From: Escherichia coli
GTDB taxonomy: Bacteria > Pseudomonadota > Gammaproteobacteria > Enterobacterales > Enterobacteriaceae
Length of the DNA: 64,000 nucleotides
Assembly (NCBI RefSeq): GCF_016903815.1
Contig: NZ_CP069973.1
Direction: 5' to 3' (one strand)
Part shown: positions 27,369 to 37,570 of the stretch, one piece after another
Position numbering within the stretch: position 1 is the stretch's first letter
Layout: the number at the start of each line of letters is the position of its first letter
The notes under the pieces: generated by a model
What the model was told of the DNA's origin: nothing
Seen by the model: only the letters and a program-made list of their open reading frames with translations
The model's database searches: none
Translations under genes and position numbers: made by a program

Positions 27369-27856
27369 TGGTAATCCACCACCATTGTCATGCTGGCGTT
27401 AAACTGTGCGCCTGTCAGCGTCACGCCATTCTGTTTGACTGGCACTGCTTTTAGTTGTGGCTGGCTACTGACGCTAAATGGAGTCCAGGTATTGTCGCCA
27501 ATCGCAAACAGAGAGTTATCTGCTGCATTTTCAATACGAATGCCAAACCCGGTAATTCCCGTGCTTAACACCGTTTCGCCATTGATCGTGGTGGTTGTGC
27601 CCTTAAACTGCATCTGAAGGTCATCGCTCAGGCTATTGGCACAGTTCAGGGTATAACCTGCATCTTTGCGATATTCAGTACCATTGATTTTTTTGATGAT
27701 CACATCACCAAAATCGACGTTACTGCCTTTTACGGTACAAGGAGGTGGTGGGTCTACCAGTACGCGCAATGTCAATGGCACACTTTTCGTTTCACCGGCA
27801 AGAGCACTGCCCGTAAGCAGCACTCCTCCCAGCCCGGCCAAAAGTAGTCGTTTCAT
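27365..27856 (-). CDS. yfcR: fimbrial minor subunit YfcR
   Basis: 163 aa with a signal peptide and a pilin-like C-terminus ...MTMVVDYQ. Paralogous to YfcQ. Confidence 0.88.
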   Translation of the reverse strand: MKRLLLAGLGGVLLTGSALAGETKSVPLTLRVLVDPPPPCTVKGSNVDFGDVIIKKINGTEYRKDAGYTLNCANSLSDDLQMQFKGTTTTINGETVLSTGITGFGIRIENAADNSLFAIGDNTWTPFSVSSQPQLKAVPVKQNGVTLTGAQFNASMTMVVDYQ

Positions 27857-27871
27857 CTCACACTCCCGGCC

Positions 27872-28621
27872 TCAGCCTTTGCGGCTCTGCTCTTCATCAA
27901 CCTGGCAACTGTTACCGTTGCAGGTGAAAAAGAGCGGCATCCGAGCGCCATAGTCGTTGACATAGGTCAGTACCGGCACACTCCCCATCTTCACATTCAG
28001 CGGTGCAGAGGTTTTCGGCGACATCACTATTGGCGAGAAACCGGCTGCCGGATTGCCATTTTTCTGTGCGCTGGCATTACTGAAAATGACGTAATACGGC
28101 GTCGGGTTATTGACAGTAAATTCCTGACCGTTGCGGGTTAAGGTCACTTTATGCTGCCACGGGTTTTGCGTGGTGTTTTTTTCCAGAGCTTTCGGTCGCC
28201 AGAAAAGTTTGATACGCGTCTGAAGAGCGATTTGTAGCGTGTTGGATTTGTTCGATTTCGGCGGAATTTCGCGCACGTTGAAATAGAACATCGATTCCCG
28301 ATCGGCAGGTAATTTATGAATATCCGGCAGGCCCTGAATTTTAACCTGGCCATTCATCATTGCTTCAATGCGCTGTACAGGCGGCAATACCGCCAGCGGC
28401 GAGCTGATCTTGACGCCCTTTTCATCTTCAATCCAGCTTTGCGCCAGATAAGGCAGTTTGGGGTCGTTATTACGCAGCGTCACACTGATAGATTTATCGC
28501 TTTCATTAAAAATCAGGCGAGTACGATCGGGCGTTACTGACGCCTGGGTAGAAAAACTTACCGTTGCTGCCAGTAACGACAGTACCGTTGTCAATGTTTT
28601 GGCAGAGAGATATTTAGTCAT
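27872..28621 (-). CDS. yfcS: PapD-like periplasmic fimbrial chaperone YfcS
   Basis: 249 aa with a signal peptide, then the chaperone N-domain signature (TRLIFNESDKSISVTLRNN...PYLAQSWIE). Confidence 0.92.
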   Translation of the reverse strand: MTKYLSAKTLTTVLSLLAATVSFSTQASVTPDRTRLIFNESDKSISVTLRNNDPKLPYLAQSWIEDEKGVKISSPLAVLPPVQRIEAMMNGQVKIQGLPDIHKLPADRESMFYFNVREIPPKSNKSNTLQIALQTRIKLFWRPKALEKNTTQNPWQHKVTLTRNGQEFTVNNPTPYYVIFSNASAQKNGNPAAGFSPIVMSPKTSAPLNVKMGSVPVLTYVNDYGARMPLFFTCNGNSCQVDEEQSRKG

Positions 28622-28640
28622 GGATCATTCCTTAATCACG

Positions 28641-31292
28641 TTATTGGTTCGATGAAACAGACATCGGCGGTTCCATTGGTGTCACCTGTTGTGTCTGCTC
28701 CTGAATGACGGGTTGAATATCATGCGGTATGACGGGAGAACTTCCCCCCTTTTGCTGGCATGGCAACAACAAGCCATTGAACAGGTCATTCGGTAACGGG
28801 TCTGGCAGGCTGATATCGCAGTGAGATTCACCCTCCCAGAAAACGGTCATATGTTCACCCGGTTTAACGCCTGCCAGATAAACATTACCTTCGTCATCAA
28901 CCAACCCTACTTGTTGTTGATTATCGTTTTTCACTTCCGCCCCAAATGGCGGATGGCTGCCATCCTGCAAGCGCAGCACTGCCATCGCCTTCTCACCGCT
29001 GATTACCGCAAATTTACGGTAGCCAATAGCGCCTTCCGTCAGCGTTGCCTGAACCACTGATTTTGTAGCTTCAGCGTTTTCCGGCAGTTTGTTCAAATCG
29101 ATATAAGCCTGGTTGCGGTAGTAATCATTAACATCTGCCACCACCGCTTTGCCGAACATGTTGGTATAAACGGCGGAACCATTACCTTCAACCGGCACAT
29201 TAGCAACGCCATCAGCGTCGATTAACAGACGTGTACCGCCCATGTTTTGTGTACGATGCAGTGCCCCGCCATGAGCGGTCAGCGTTGCCCCGCCCTGTAA
29301 AGAGATCCCTGCTGAGGTGTATTGCCCTTCATGGTAGTTGGCACTGAGATCCACTTTTGCCAGAGTACCATCGTGGCTGTAGTAGCCATCCACGCTGCTG
29401 TGGTTTTCGCTGGTTCCGGCGCTTAACGTGTAGTGGCTGGCGTCATCAATGCGGTGATACAGACTCACCTGATTGCTGTCGGCACCGCTGCCATAGTTGC
29501 CGTTGTAACTGATGGTGCTGTTGTCGCCCCACGGCAAACTTAAGGACAGATAAACACCCTTGTCAGCACTTTTATCGTATTCGTAGCGATAACCGGTCAG
29601 AGAAACGCTCAGGTTGCGAAGGCTTCCTAAATTAAAATAATGAGAAAGCATCATGTTGTAGTTGGTCTGATCCTGGCGATCCCAGTAGGTATGGTGGGAA
29701 TAGTTGAGATAGACCGAAACGCGCGCATCCGTGAAGTTCTGGTTATAGGTGACCGTATACATCTCTTTGTCGTTACCGGTGCGCGCCCGGTCGTCGTCGT
29801 TCGCATCCAGATACTCGCTCATGGTCATGTAGTTTTTTTCAGAGAAGCGGTATCCAGCAAACGTCACCCGACTGTTGAGTTCATCAAAATCTTTGGCATA
29901 GCTGACGCGATAAGAGTTGCCGTCCAGCGTTTTGTTGCCATACACGCTGTTATCGTCGAGTTGAACACGAGAGTGAGTGACATCAAACGCTAACGCGCCT
30001 AGCAGCGCCAGGTCACGACCGAGGCCCAGCGCCGCCGACTGGTAGTTTTCATCGGCTAACGCACCGCCGTAGAGCGACCAGCCATTGGCAATCCCCCAGG
30101 ATGCCTCGCCGCCCGAGAAGAAGCTACCTGCAACCTGATGGTCCCAGTTTTGTGGACGCCCCATTGTCACTTTGTAACGCACCTGGCCGGGGCGAGTCAG
30201 GAACGGCATGGACGCCGTGCTGACGTCGTATTCCTGTACCTGGCCGTTTTGTTCTTCAATGCGGACATGCAGCGTGCCAGAGACGGAATCGCCAATATCC
30301 TGGATGCGGAATGGACCTGCGGGTACCTGGGTTTCGTAAATGACACGGCCCATTTGGGTTACGGTCACTTTAGCGGTAGTGTGTGCAACACCTGAAATAT
30401 CGGGGGCGTAGCCGCGCAGGTTTGGCGGTAACATTTGATCATCGGTACTGATGCTGCCGCCAATGTAACTGAAGCCATCAAAAATATCGGAGTTGAGATA
30501 ATCTTCGCCCAGCGAAAGTTTGGCTTTTAATGACGGCAAGGCGCGCCAGGCGTAGTAACGACTCCACTCCCAGTTTTTTTGCGTACCGCTATCGTCAGTG
30601 TCGCCGTCATCGTTACTGCGGGTATGCTGATAATCGCTCTGCCAGTCAGCTCGTAAGCGCCACGGCCCAACGTTAACGCCGACCGTACCATTACCGCAGA
30701 TGTCGTTAGTGTCATCACCCCCATTTTCATGCCGGGTTTGCGCGTTGATACTGTAATCGGCAATAAGCCCAGGGATACCGTCATCCCAGCGCGAAGGCGG
30801 ATCCCACTCGCTGTCGGTATATTCCAGATAAGCCTGCGGTACAGAAACAAGGAGTGCAGACTGGCCTAAATCGCCGCTAATTTCTGTACCTGCTAAAAGT
30901 GCCGTATTCAGACACTGACCATCGCGGATCCATTGCAAATTCTTTGCAATATCTTCCTTCAGACCAAACTGGGCAACCAGCTCTGGCGATAAGCAGGCAT
31001 ATGATTTATTCGGATCGTTTTCAGTTGCGTACCAGTAGATATCGTAGTCGTCAGGTAACGGCTGATTATTTACATGAACGCGTAAGTTATATTTTCCCGG
31101 TTCTACATAGCCTTTTTGCGAAAAACGGCCCAAATCAATTTTGGTATTGCCTTTTAAATCAAGAAATCGGCCATCAAACTGAATGGTATCGTCTGCCAGG
31201 GCATTAAATGGACTTCCAGAAATTGCCAGAGCAATCCACCACGAAAGCCCCCGTAAACGGAGAAAAGAATGTTCTGGCATCGGCGTATCCAT
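28641..31292 (-). CDS. yfcU: fimbrial outer-membrane usher YfcU (uninterrupted here)
   Basis: Single 883-aa ORF with a signal peptide and usher N-terminal motif (IQFDGRFLDLKG). As I recall, yfcU is annotated as a pseudogene in K-12 MG1655. Confidence 0.9.
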   Translation of the reverse strand: MDTPMPEHSFLRLRGLSWWIALAISGSPFNALADDTIQFDGRFLDLKGNTKIDLGRFSQKGYVEPGKYNLRVHVNNQPLPDDYDIYWYATENDPNKSYACLSPELVAQFGLKEDIAKNLQWIRDGQCLNTALLAGTEISGDLGQSALLVSVPQAYLEYTDSEWDPPSRWDDGIPGLIADYSINAQTRHENGGDDTNDICGNGTVGVNVGPWRLRADWQSDYQHTRSNDDGDTDDSGTQKNWEWSRYYAWRALPSLKAKLSLGEDYLNSDIFDGFSYIGGSISTDDQMLPPNLRGYAPDISGVAHTTAKVTVTQMGRVIYETQVPAGPFRIQDIGDSVSGTLHVRIEEQNGQVQEYDVSTASMPFLTRPGQVRYKVTMGRPQNWDHQVAGSFFSGGEASWGIANGWSLYGGALADENYQSAALGLGRDLALLGALAFDVTHSRVQLDDNSVYGNKTLDGNSYRVSYAKDFDELNSRVTFAGYRFSEKNYMTMSEYLDANDDDRARTGNDKEMYTVTYNQNFTDARVSVYLNYSHHTYWDRQDQTNYNMMLSHYFNLGSLRNLSVSLTGYRYEYDKSADKGVYLSLSLPWGDNSTISYNGNYGSGADSNQVSLYHRIDDASHYTLSAGTSENHSSVDGYYSHDGTLAKVDLSANYHEGQYTSAGISLQGGATLTAHGGALHRTQNMGGTRLLIDADGVANVPVEGNGSAVYTNMFGKAVVADVNDYYRNQAYIDLNKLPENAEATKSVVQATLTEGAIGYRKFAVISGEKAMAVLRLQDGSHPPFGAEVKNDNQQQVGLVDDEGNVYLAGVKPGEHMTVFWEGESHCDISLPDPLPNDLFNGLLLPCQQKGGSSPVIPHDIQPVIQEQTQQVTPMEPPMSVSSNQ

Positions 31293-31331
31293 CCATGATT
31301 TTTTATAATTTAGTTATTTGGTAGTTATAAA

Positions 31332-31355
31332 CCCCATAACTTTGCAGCTATGGGG
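31332..31355 (-). terminator. hairpin between major-subunit gene yfcV and usher gene (putative intra-operon attenuator)
   Basis: ccccata(31332-31338)/tatgggg(31349-31355) directly after the yfcV stop on the minus strand, followed by tttat. Comparable hairpins follow major pilin genes in other chaperone-usher operons. Confidence 0.45.
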
Positions 31356-31363
31356 GAAATACA

Positions 31364-31930
31364 TTAGAGATACGTGATCTGGAACGTCGTCAGCGTTTCA
31401 AACGGTGCCGGTGTTGGTGTTACAGCATCCGTTTCACCCACTAACCATGCTTTAAAGTTCAGAGTTTGTTTAGGCTTGCCTTTTCCCGTTGAACTGTCCT
31501 TCACGATAGGTTGCTTAATCTCTGCTCCCAGTGCATAACCTGTACCGTGCTGGTCACCGATAACCAGGCTAACGTTTGGAATTTCAGTTCCATTATCCAT
31601 GTTAGACAGAGAATAGTTATCTGCGTTAGTGGAGTACGGATTACCGGTGAATGTGGTAGCCATTGTCGTTTCTGTATTGAAATTACAGTCCTGTAAACGA
31701 ATCTGGAAATCTTTTGGTGTGGTTGTTTTGCCGCCGGTTAAAGAACCCGTACCGATGCTGCCCATATCCACTTCCAGTTTATGATCGTCAGGAACAATTG
31801 AGCACGGGGAGTCTTCAATTGTGCCGTAAAATCTCACTGTACCGTTGTTCCCTGCGGCAACGACTGATGCTGAAGTCAGCGCCCCCATGAGCATTGCCGT
31901 GGCAACTGCTGCTTTTACAAACTTACTCAT
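31364..31930 (-). CDS. yfcV: major fimbrial subunit YfcV
   Basis: 188 aa with signal peptide MSKFVKAAVATAMLMGALTSASVVA and pilin C-terminus ...TTFQITYL. First gene of the operon. Confidence 0.92.
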   Translation of the reverse strand: MSKFVKAAVATAMLMGALTSASVVAAGNNGTVRFYGTIEDSPCSIVPDDHKLEVDMGSIGTGSLTGGKTTTPKDFQIRLQDCNFNTETTMATTFTGNPYSTNADNYSLSNMDNGTEIPNVSLVIGDQHGTGYALGAEIKQPIVKDSSTGKGKPKQTLNFKAWLVGETDAVTPTPAPFETLTTFQITYL

Positions 31931-32540
31931 TATTTGTCCTTAAATCATAAATAATTAGAATATAAGCCAACTGAAATATTGACGTAGAGCTTCTTCAATT
32001 TTTACAGCGACTTTTAAGCAGCCAATGAACAGATTTTCAGCTCCTGAAAAAACAGGTTCCTTGATATAATATTCTTTGGCGTGCCGAACATGTTGATATT
32101 TTAATATGACTGATGCAATTTAAATTTTCTAACATTCAAAGTTAGAAATACTTAATTAATGGACGGGGATAATAATTACTGAAATTTTTCATCTCAGTTA
32201 TGAAGAATGAGTTCAAAAAAACGGCAAATGCAAAAACTCAGTGAATAAATCAAAGTCAAAAACAATCACATGGCAATGACTATCTTGTGATATTAATTTC
32301 GCAACGATATAATATTAAAACACTATAATTAATATAAAATCAAGACCCAATAATATTTTTCACTTTAGTCATTATTTACCTAAAAATGCTTCCAGAAAAA
32401 TAATTTATGAATAAAAGTAAATTCTCTTTCAATATGTAAATTTTTACAAATAAAAGCGTCATGCCGTATAAAATAAAGACCATTCGATCACAAGCGGATC
32501 ATTGTTAGTACAATAAGATTGCATAAATTCAACATTGCCA

Positions 32541-32580
32541 GAAAAAAATAAAGGCCCGATAGATTACACCAGCGGGCCTT
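32541..32580 (-). terminator. intrinsic terminator of sixA
   Basis: aaggcccg(32551-32558)/cgggcctt(32573-32580) just after the sixA stop, followed on the minus strand by a T7 run (plus-strand A-run at 32542-32548). Confidence 0.8.
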
Positions 32581-32591
32581 GTGCATGCGTA

Positions 32592-33077
32592 TTAAATCGC
32601 TTTTGCCATCTTCAGATTACACGGGCTCATCTGCCAGTTGAATGTGCCGTTTCCGCTTTCATCAAGCGTTACGCTGGCAATGGCCGAGGTGGTAAACATA
32701 GGCGGCGTTTCGCCCGGACATAACTCAGCAACCAGATACCCGACTAAGGGTAAGTGGGAGATCACCAGTACCGAAGCAACACCTTCATTGGTCAACGCCT
32801 GTAAATAGGCACTGACCAGACCAACATCGCCGCAGGGCGTTAACTCCGGCAGAACTTCTGCACTGGAAGGCAGGTTCAGACAATCCCCTACTTCTTCCAG
32901 TGTTTGCTCGGCTCGCAGGAACGGGCTCACCAGAACGCGTTCGATTTCCACTTTTTGACCTTTCAGCCAGTTCGCCATCAGGCGAGATTCGTCACAACCG
33001 TTAGTAGTCAGAGGACGAACCGAATCACTGGCGGCATCGAGGGCTGCGTCGCCGTGACGCATGATAAAAACTTGCAT
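32592..33077 (-). CDS. sixA: phosphohistidine phosphatase SixA
   Basis: 161 aa with an N-terminal RHG motif (MRHGDA) of the histidine-phosphatase superfamily. Confidence 0.95.
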   Translation of the reverse strand: MQVFIMRHGDAALDAASDSVRPLTTNGCDESRLMANWLKGQKVEIERVLVSPFLRAEQTLEEVGDCLNLPSSAEVLPELTPCGDVGLVSAYLQALTNEGVASVLVISHLPLVGYLVAELCPGETPPMFTTSAIASVTLDESGNGTFNWQMSPCNLKMAKAI

Positions 33078-33279
33078 ATTGCACCGCTTTTGTTAACCAG
33101 ATTCGCCCGTTTTCTTTCATCTGAAACCAGAGAAAGAAAACGGTGGCCGGCATTGTGCCTTATCCATTCACCGAATGAAACGCTGTTTTTTACCTCAATG
33201 GCGTAAGTATAGTCAATATGCGTTTACATTTTGAGCAACACTCCGCCATTCAGCGCGGATTCATATAGCTTTGACCTTC

Positions 33280-35424
33280 TTATTGCAGGTCAGTTGCAGT
33301 TGTTTTCCAAAAACTTTCCCCACGCTTGCTCATCTCGACTAAACGCTCGCAAGGGGTAAAACGGGAACCATACTGCGTGGCCAGTCGTTGCATTATTGCA
33401 ACCACTTCACCCGCACCGAGAGAATCGATGTAGCGGAACGGACCACCGAGAAATGGCGGAAAACCAATGCCAAATACCGCGCCAATATCTCCGTCACGCA
33501 CGCTACGGATAACCTGCTCGTCCAGACAACGTACTGCTTCATTCAGCATCAACATCACACACCGTTCAGCTACCTGCGGTGCGGAGAGTCGCCCCTGCCC
33601 TTGTGTGCCAATCAGCGGGTAAATGGCGGGATCGACCTGTTTTTTGCTTTTACGCCCTTTCTGACCATAAAGATAGAAACCCCGACCATTTTTTCTGCCT
33701 TTGCGATCGTCGTTCAAAATTGAAGAAACAACATTTGCAGGCGCGCTAAAACGTTCTCCATAAGCGGCTTCCAGTACAGGAATAATTTTAGTCCCGGTGT
33801 CGATTCCTACCTCATCCAAAAGTTGGATTGGGCCTACCGGAAAACCAAATTTCACCAGCGCGGCATCAATGTGCTCTACCCGTTCACCTTCGGTCAACAT
33901 GCGGATAGCTTCATTAATGTAAGGCGCTAAAATGCGATTGACGTAAAACCCGGCTTTGTCACGCACGACAATGGGCGTTTTACCCTGTTTTTTCGCCAGT
34001 TTTACTGTGGTAGCGATGGTTTGCGCCGATGTCCCCGCATGAGGAATAATCTCCACCAGCGGCATTTTTTCCACCGGACTGAAGAAATGCAGGCCAATAA
34101 CTTGCTCAGGTCGCGTAGCGTGAGCGGCGATATCACCAATCGGTAAAGATGACGTATTCGAAGCAAAGATGGTATGAGCGGCGCAATTTTGCTCAACTTC
34201 CGCCACCATTTGTTGTTTTAATTCGAGATTTTCAAACACCGCTTCAATAATCAGATCGCGATGGGCAAAGCCGCGATAGTCCGTCGTTCCGGAGATTAAT
34301 GCCAGCTGTCTGTCACGTTCGCTGGCTTTGAGATGACGACGGCGAACTTTGCCCTCCAGCTGATCCCAACTGTACTTCAGCGCATGATTTATGCCCTGCG
34401 GGTTGATATCTTTAATTCTGACCGGAAGCCCCGCTTTACAAGCAGTGACGTAAGCAATACCGCCGCCCATCAAGCCACCACCTAAAATTCCCACGCTGTT
34501 TAATGGCGCAGGCGGCGCATCACTGCCAGGATCTTTCTTCACTTCCGTACTGGCAAAAAAGATACTACGCAGCGCCTGCGATTGCGGCGTCATCGCCAGT
34601 TCGCCAAAAGCACGGGCTTCAGCGTCATAGCCGCTACTGGTGCCTTGCGCTAATCCCGTTTCGACAACCTCCAGGATGCGTTCTGTCGCCGGATAGTTAC
34701 CCTGAGTTTTGTGTTCTGTTTTCTTGCCGACCATTTTGAACAGCAGCGCACGACCTAACGGCCCCGCCAGAATACGCTCGCGTACAGGTAGAGGGCGTGA
34801 AGATGGACGATCCTGCTTTGCCAGCTCAACAGCGGCTTCCAGTAAAATGGATTGCGGAACGACGTCATCCACCAGCCCCAGCTTTAATGCCTGTTTCGCC
34901 CGAAGTTGTTTTCCGGTGAGGATCATCTCTAATGCTGTGCTGACGCCTATCAGACGCGGTAAACGCTGGGTGCCGCCTGAACCGGGTAATAATCCAAGTT
35001 GTACTTCAGGCAAACCGAGCACCGTTTTAGGATCGTCAGTACACATGCGACCGTGGCACGCCAGCGCCAACTCCAGCCCACCGCCCAGGCAAGCGCCATG
35101 AATAGCCGCGATAACCGGAACGGGCAAAGCATGAATCTCCGCCATTAACTGTTGACCCTGCCGCGCCAGTGCTTCCGCTTCTTGCGCCGTTTTGCAGTTG
35201 GCGATCATGTTGATGTCTGCGCCAGCAATGAAGTTGTCTGGTTTCGCGGAGATAAACACCACGCCGCGCAACTCTTTGTTTTCACGGAGTTGCTTAATAA
35301 TGGCGCGCACCTGCGAGGCAAACTCCGCCTTCAGGGTATTCATTTTCTCACCCGGTACGTCGATGGTGATAACAGCAATGTTGTCCAGACGGACATTAAG
35401 GGTAAACGCTGATGCCATTTCCAT
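33280..35424 (-). CDS. fadJ: anaerobic fatty-acid oxidation complex alpha subunit FadJ
   Basis: 714 aa with an enoyl-CoA hydratase N-domain and a 3-hydroxyacyl-CoA dehydrogenase domain ([13 protein letters not shown]). Overlaps the fadI stop by 1 nt. Confidence 0.96.
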   Translation of the reverse strand: MEMASAFTLNVRLDNIAVITIDVPGEKMNTLKAEFASQVRAIIKQLRENKELRGVVFISAKPDNFIAGADINMIANCKTAQEAEALARQGQQLMAEIHALPVPVIAAIHGACLGGGLELALACHGRMCTDDPKTVLGLPEVQLGLLPGSGGTQRLPRLIGVSTALEMILTGKQLRAKQALKLGLVDDVVPQSILLEAAVELAKQDRPSSRPLPVRERILAGPLGRALLFKMVGKKTEHKTQGNYPATERILEVVETGLAQGTSSGYDAEARAFGELAMTPQSQALRSIFFASTEVKKDPGSDAPPAPLNSVGILGGGLMGGGIAYVTACKAGLPVRIKDINPQGINHALKYSWDQLEGKVRRRHLKASERDRQLALISGTTDYRGFAHRDLIIEAVFENLELKQQMVAEVEQNCAAHTIFASNTSSLPIGDIAAHATRPEQVIGLHFFSPVEKMPLVEIIPHAGTSAQTIATTVKLAKKQGKTPIVVRDKAGFYVNRILAPYINEAIRMLTEGERVEHIDAALVKFGFPVGPIQLLDEVGIDTGTKIIPVLEAAYGERFSAPANVVSSILNDDRKGRKNGRGFYLYGQKGRKSKKQVDPAIYPLIGTQGQGRLSAPQVAERCVMLMLNEAVRCLDEQVIRSVRDGDIGAVFGIGFPPFLGGPFRYIDSLGAGEVVAIMQRLATQYGSRFTPCERLVEMSKRGESFWKTTATDLQ

Positions 35425-36734
35425 TATTCCGCCTCCACAACCATTGCCGCGCCAAGCCCACCCGCAGCACAGGCGGTCACTAATCCAAATCCACCGCCGC
35501 GACGCCGAAGTTCATGCAATGTCTGGGTAATCATCCGCGCGCCGGTCGCCGCGAAGGGATGCCCGTAAGCAATCGAACCGCCAAGCACGTTAAATTTGCT
35601 ATCGTCCACTTCGCCAGTGGCATGTGCACGCCCCAGTACATCACGAGCAAAACGTTCGCTACCCAGCAACTGAATATTCGCCAGTGTCTGAGCTGCAAAG
35701 GCTTCGTGCATATCGATCAATGTCAGATCGCTCATTGTCAAACCGGCACGTTCCAGCGCCAGCGGCGTTGACCAGGCCGGACCGAGCAACATGTCCTGCC
35801 AGACATCTATCGCAGTAAATGCGTAACTGCGCAGATACCCCAGCGGTACCAGCCCTAATTCTTTCGCCCGGGATTCAGTCATCAGGATCACCGCTGCCGC
35901 GCCATCGGTCAGCGGCGTACTGTTTGCCGCCGTTACCGTTCCGTGTTTGCGATCAAACGCCGGGCGCAGCTTTGCGTAATCGGCAAGCGAGGAATTACCG
36001 CGAATATTGTTGTCTTCGACAAGCGGTTGTTTATAAGGAGGGATAAAGGCAGTCATCACCTCTTCTTTGAGTTTACCGTCTGACCACGCCTGAGCGGCTC
36101 GCTGATGCGAACGGTGCGCTAATGCATCTTGCTGTTCGCGAGTAATACCGTAGGTTTTCGCCATTTGTTCAGCGGTGTCGCCCATCCGTAAGCCAGTAGA
36201 GTATTCCGCCACTGCCGGAGGCACCGGCATTAAGTCGCGCAAACGCAGGCGAGAGAAGAGTTTCAGGCGCTGGCTCATGGTTCGAGCTTTGTTGACATCA
36301 ACCAGCACGCGCGCCAGTTTTTTACTGACGCCAATTGGCAATACGGAAGAGGAATCGGCCCCACCGGCAATCCCCGCGCGAATAGTTCCCGCCATCAGGC
36401 TTTCTGCGACGTTTGCAATCGCCTGGAAACTGGTAGCGCAAGCGCGGCTGACGCTGTAAGCATCGGTATGCACATTCATTCCGGTGCCGAGAACAATTTC
36501 ACGCGCAATGTTGGGGGCTTCCGGCATTTGTACGACCTGACCAAAAACCAGTTGTTCAATCACTTCGGCGGGGATCTCGCTGCGTGCCAGCAGTTCGCCT
36601 ACCACCATCTTCCCTAAATCAACCGCGGGAATGCCATGAAAAGCCGTCGCCTGGCGGGCAAAAGGCGTACGTAAACCGCTAACAATGGCGATACGATCGC
36701 CCTGGCGGGTAACCAGCGGTAAAACCTGACCCAT
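35424..36734 (-). CDS. fadI: 3-ketoacyl-CoA thiolase FadI
   Basis: 436 aa with thiolase active-site Cys context (VSRACATS) and C-terminal CAAGGLG. Confidence 0.96.
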   Translation of the reverse strand: MGQVLPLVTRQGDRIAIVSGLRTPFARQATAFHGIPAVDLGKMVVGELLARSEIPAEVIEQLVFGQVVQMPEAPNIAREIVLGTGMNVHTDAYSVSRACATSFQAIANVAESLMAGTIRAGIAGGADSSSVLPIGVSKKLARVLVDVNKARTMSQRLKLFSRLRLRDLMPVPPAVAEYSTGLRMGDTAEQMAKTYGITREQQDALAHRSHQRAAQAWSDGKLKEEVMTAFIPPYKQPLVEDNNIRGNSSLADYAKLRPAFDRKHGTVTAANSTPLTDGAAAVILMTESRAKELGLVPLGYLRSYAFTAIDVWQDMLLGPAWSTPLALERAGLTMSDLTLIDMHEAFAAQTLANIQLLGSERFARDVLGRAHATGEVDDSKFNVLGGSIAYGHPFAATGARMITQTLHELRRRGGGFGLVTACAAGGLGAAMVVEAE

Positions 36735-36761
36735 AACACTCCCCTGTAAAATAATAAATAA

Positions 36762-36778
36762 AGTGGTCTGACCTGATC
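36762..36778 (-). promoter_or_regulatory. FadR-type operator upstream of fadIJ
   Basis: agtggtctgacctgatc matches the TGGTCNGACCTG core of FadR boxes, about 30-45 nt upstream of the fadI ATG. Confidence 0.6.
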
Positions 36779-36861
36779 ATAGTCTTAACTATTTTTTTAC
36801 ATTTAGCCAAGTGGAGAAAAGGGAAAGTGGGAGCTATGACACAGAGAGAAAAGTAGAAGAG

Positions 36862-36898
36862 AAAATAAAACGCCCCTGCCAACAACTGACAGGGGCGT
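36862..36898 (-). terminator. intrinsic terminator of yfcZ
   Basis: acgcccctg(36870-36878)/caggggcgt(36890-36898) after the yfcZ stop, followed by ttttatttt on the minus strand. Confidence 0.8.
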
Positions 36899-36914
36899 AC
36901 GTACCCGAGAGGAA

Positions 36915-37199
36915 TTAACGCAGACCCAGCTGGAAGATCAGCATTTCAGCTTCGCAGGCAAAAGTGAAATCGATATCCAGGCGCACACCGTCAGACTCTT
37001 CAGTGAAAGTCGGGGTGATTTTGCACGGTTCGGATTCCACGCTACGGGCTTTTTCAGTCAGCGCCGCCAGCGTTTGTTCTGCTTCTGCGCGGTTTGCAAA
37101 CACGCGGCTGTAAGACGCGGTGCAGTCGGAGTTGTCCATAATGGTGCCAACATCCATACAGCAGCAAACCGGGGTTTCATCAGCACTACATTTACTCAT
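36915..37199 (-). CDS. yfcZ: UPF0381-family protein YfcZ
   Basis: The ATG at 37199 gives MSKCSADETPVCCCMDVG (94 aa) as recalled. The ORF-track start is 8 codons upstream. Confidence 0.9.
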   Translation of the reverse strand: MSKCSADETPVCCCMDVGTIMDNSDCTASYSRVFANRAEAEQTLAALTEKARSVESEPCKITPTFTEESDGVRLDIDFTFACEAEMLIFQLGLR

Positions 37200-37444
37200 C
37201 GTTGATTTCCTCTGTATGTGCACCCAAGGTGCCAGATAAACGTTGTGGATATTTTACGCTTCCGGAAAGTGCTGCTCCAGTTGTTAATTCTGCAAAATCG
37301 GATAAGTGACCGAAATCACACTTAAAAATGATCTAAAACAAAATTCACCCGAATCCATGAGTGCGCCACCTCCAAATTTTGCCAGCTGGATCGCGTTTCT
37401 TAGATCATATTTGAAAAAAGATAGAAACATACTTGCAACATTCC

Positions 37445-37483
37445 AGCTGGTCCGACCTATACTCTCGCCACTGGTCTGATTTC
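37445..37483 (+). promoter_or_regulatory. FadR operators of the fadL promoter
   Basis: agctggtccgacctatact (37445-37463) and ctggtctgatttc (37471-37483). The first matches the FadR consensus and the recalled fadL operator. Both lie about 90-125 nt upstream of the fadL ATG. Confidence 0.75.
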
Positions 37484-37570
37484 TAAGATGTACCTCAGAC
37501 CCTACACTTCGCGCTCCTGTTACAGCACGTAACATAGTTTGTATAAAAATAAATCATTGAGGTTATGGTC

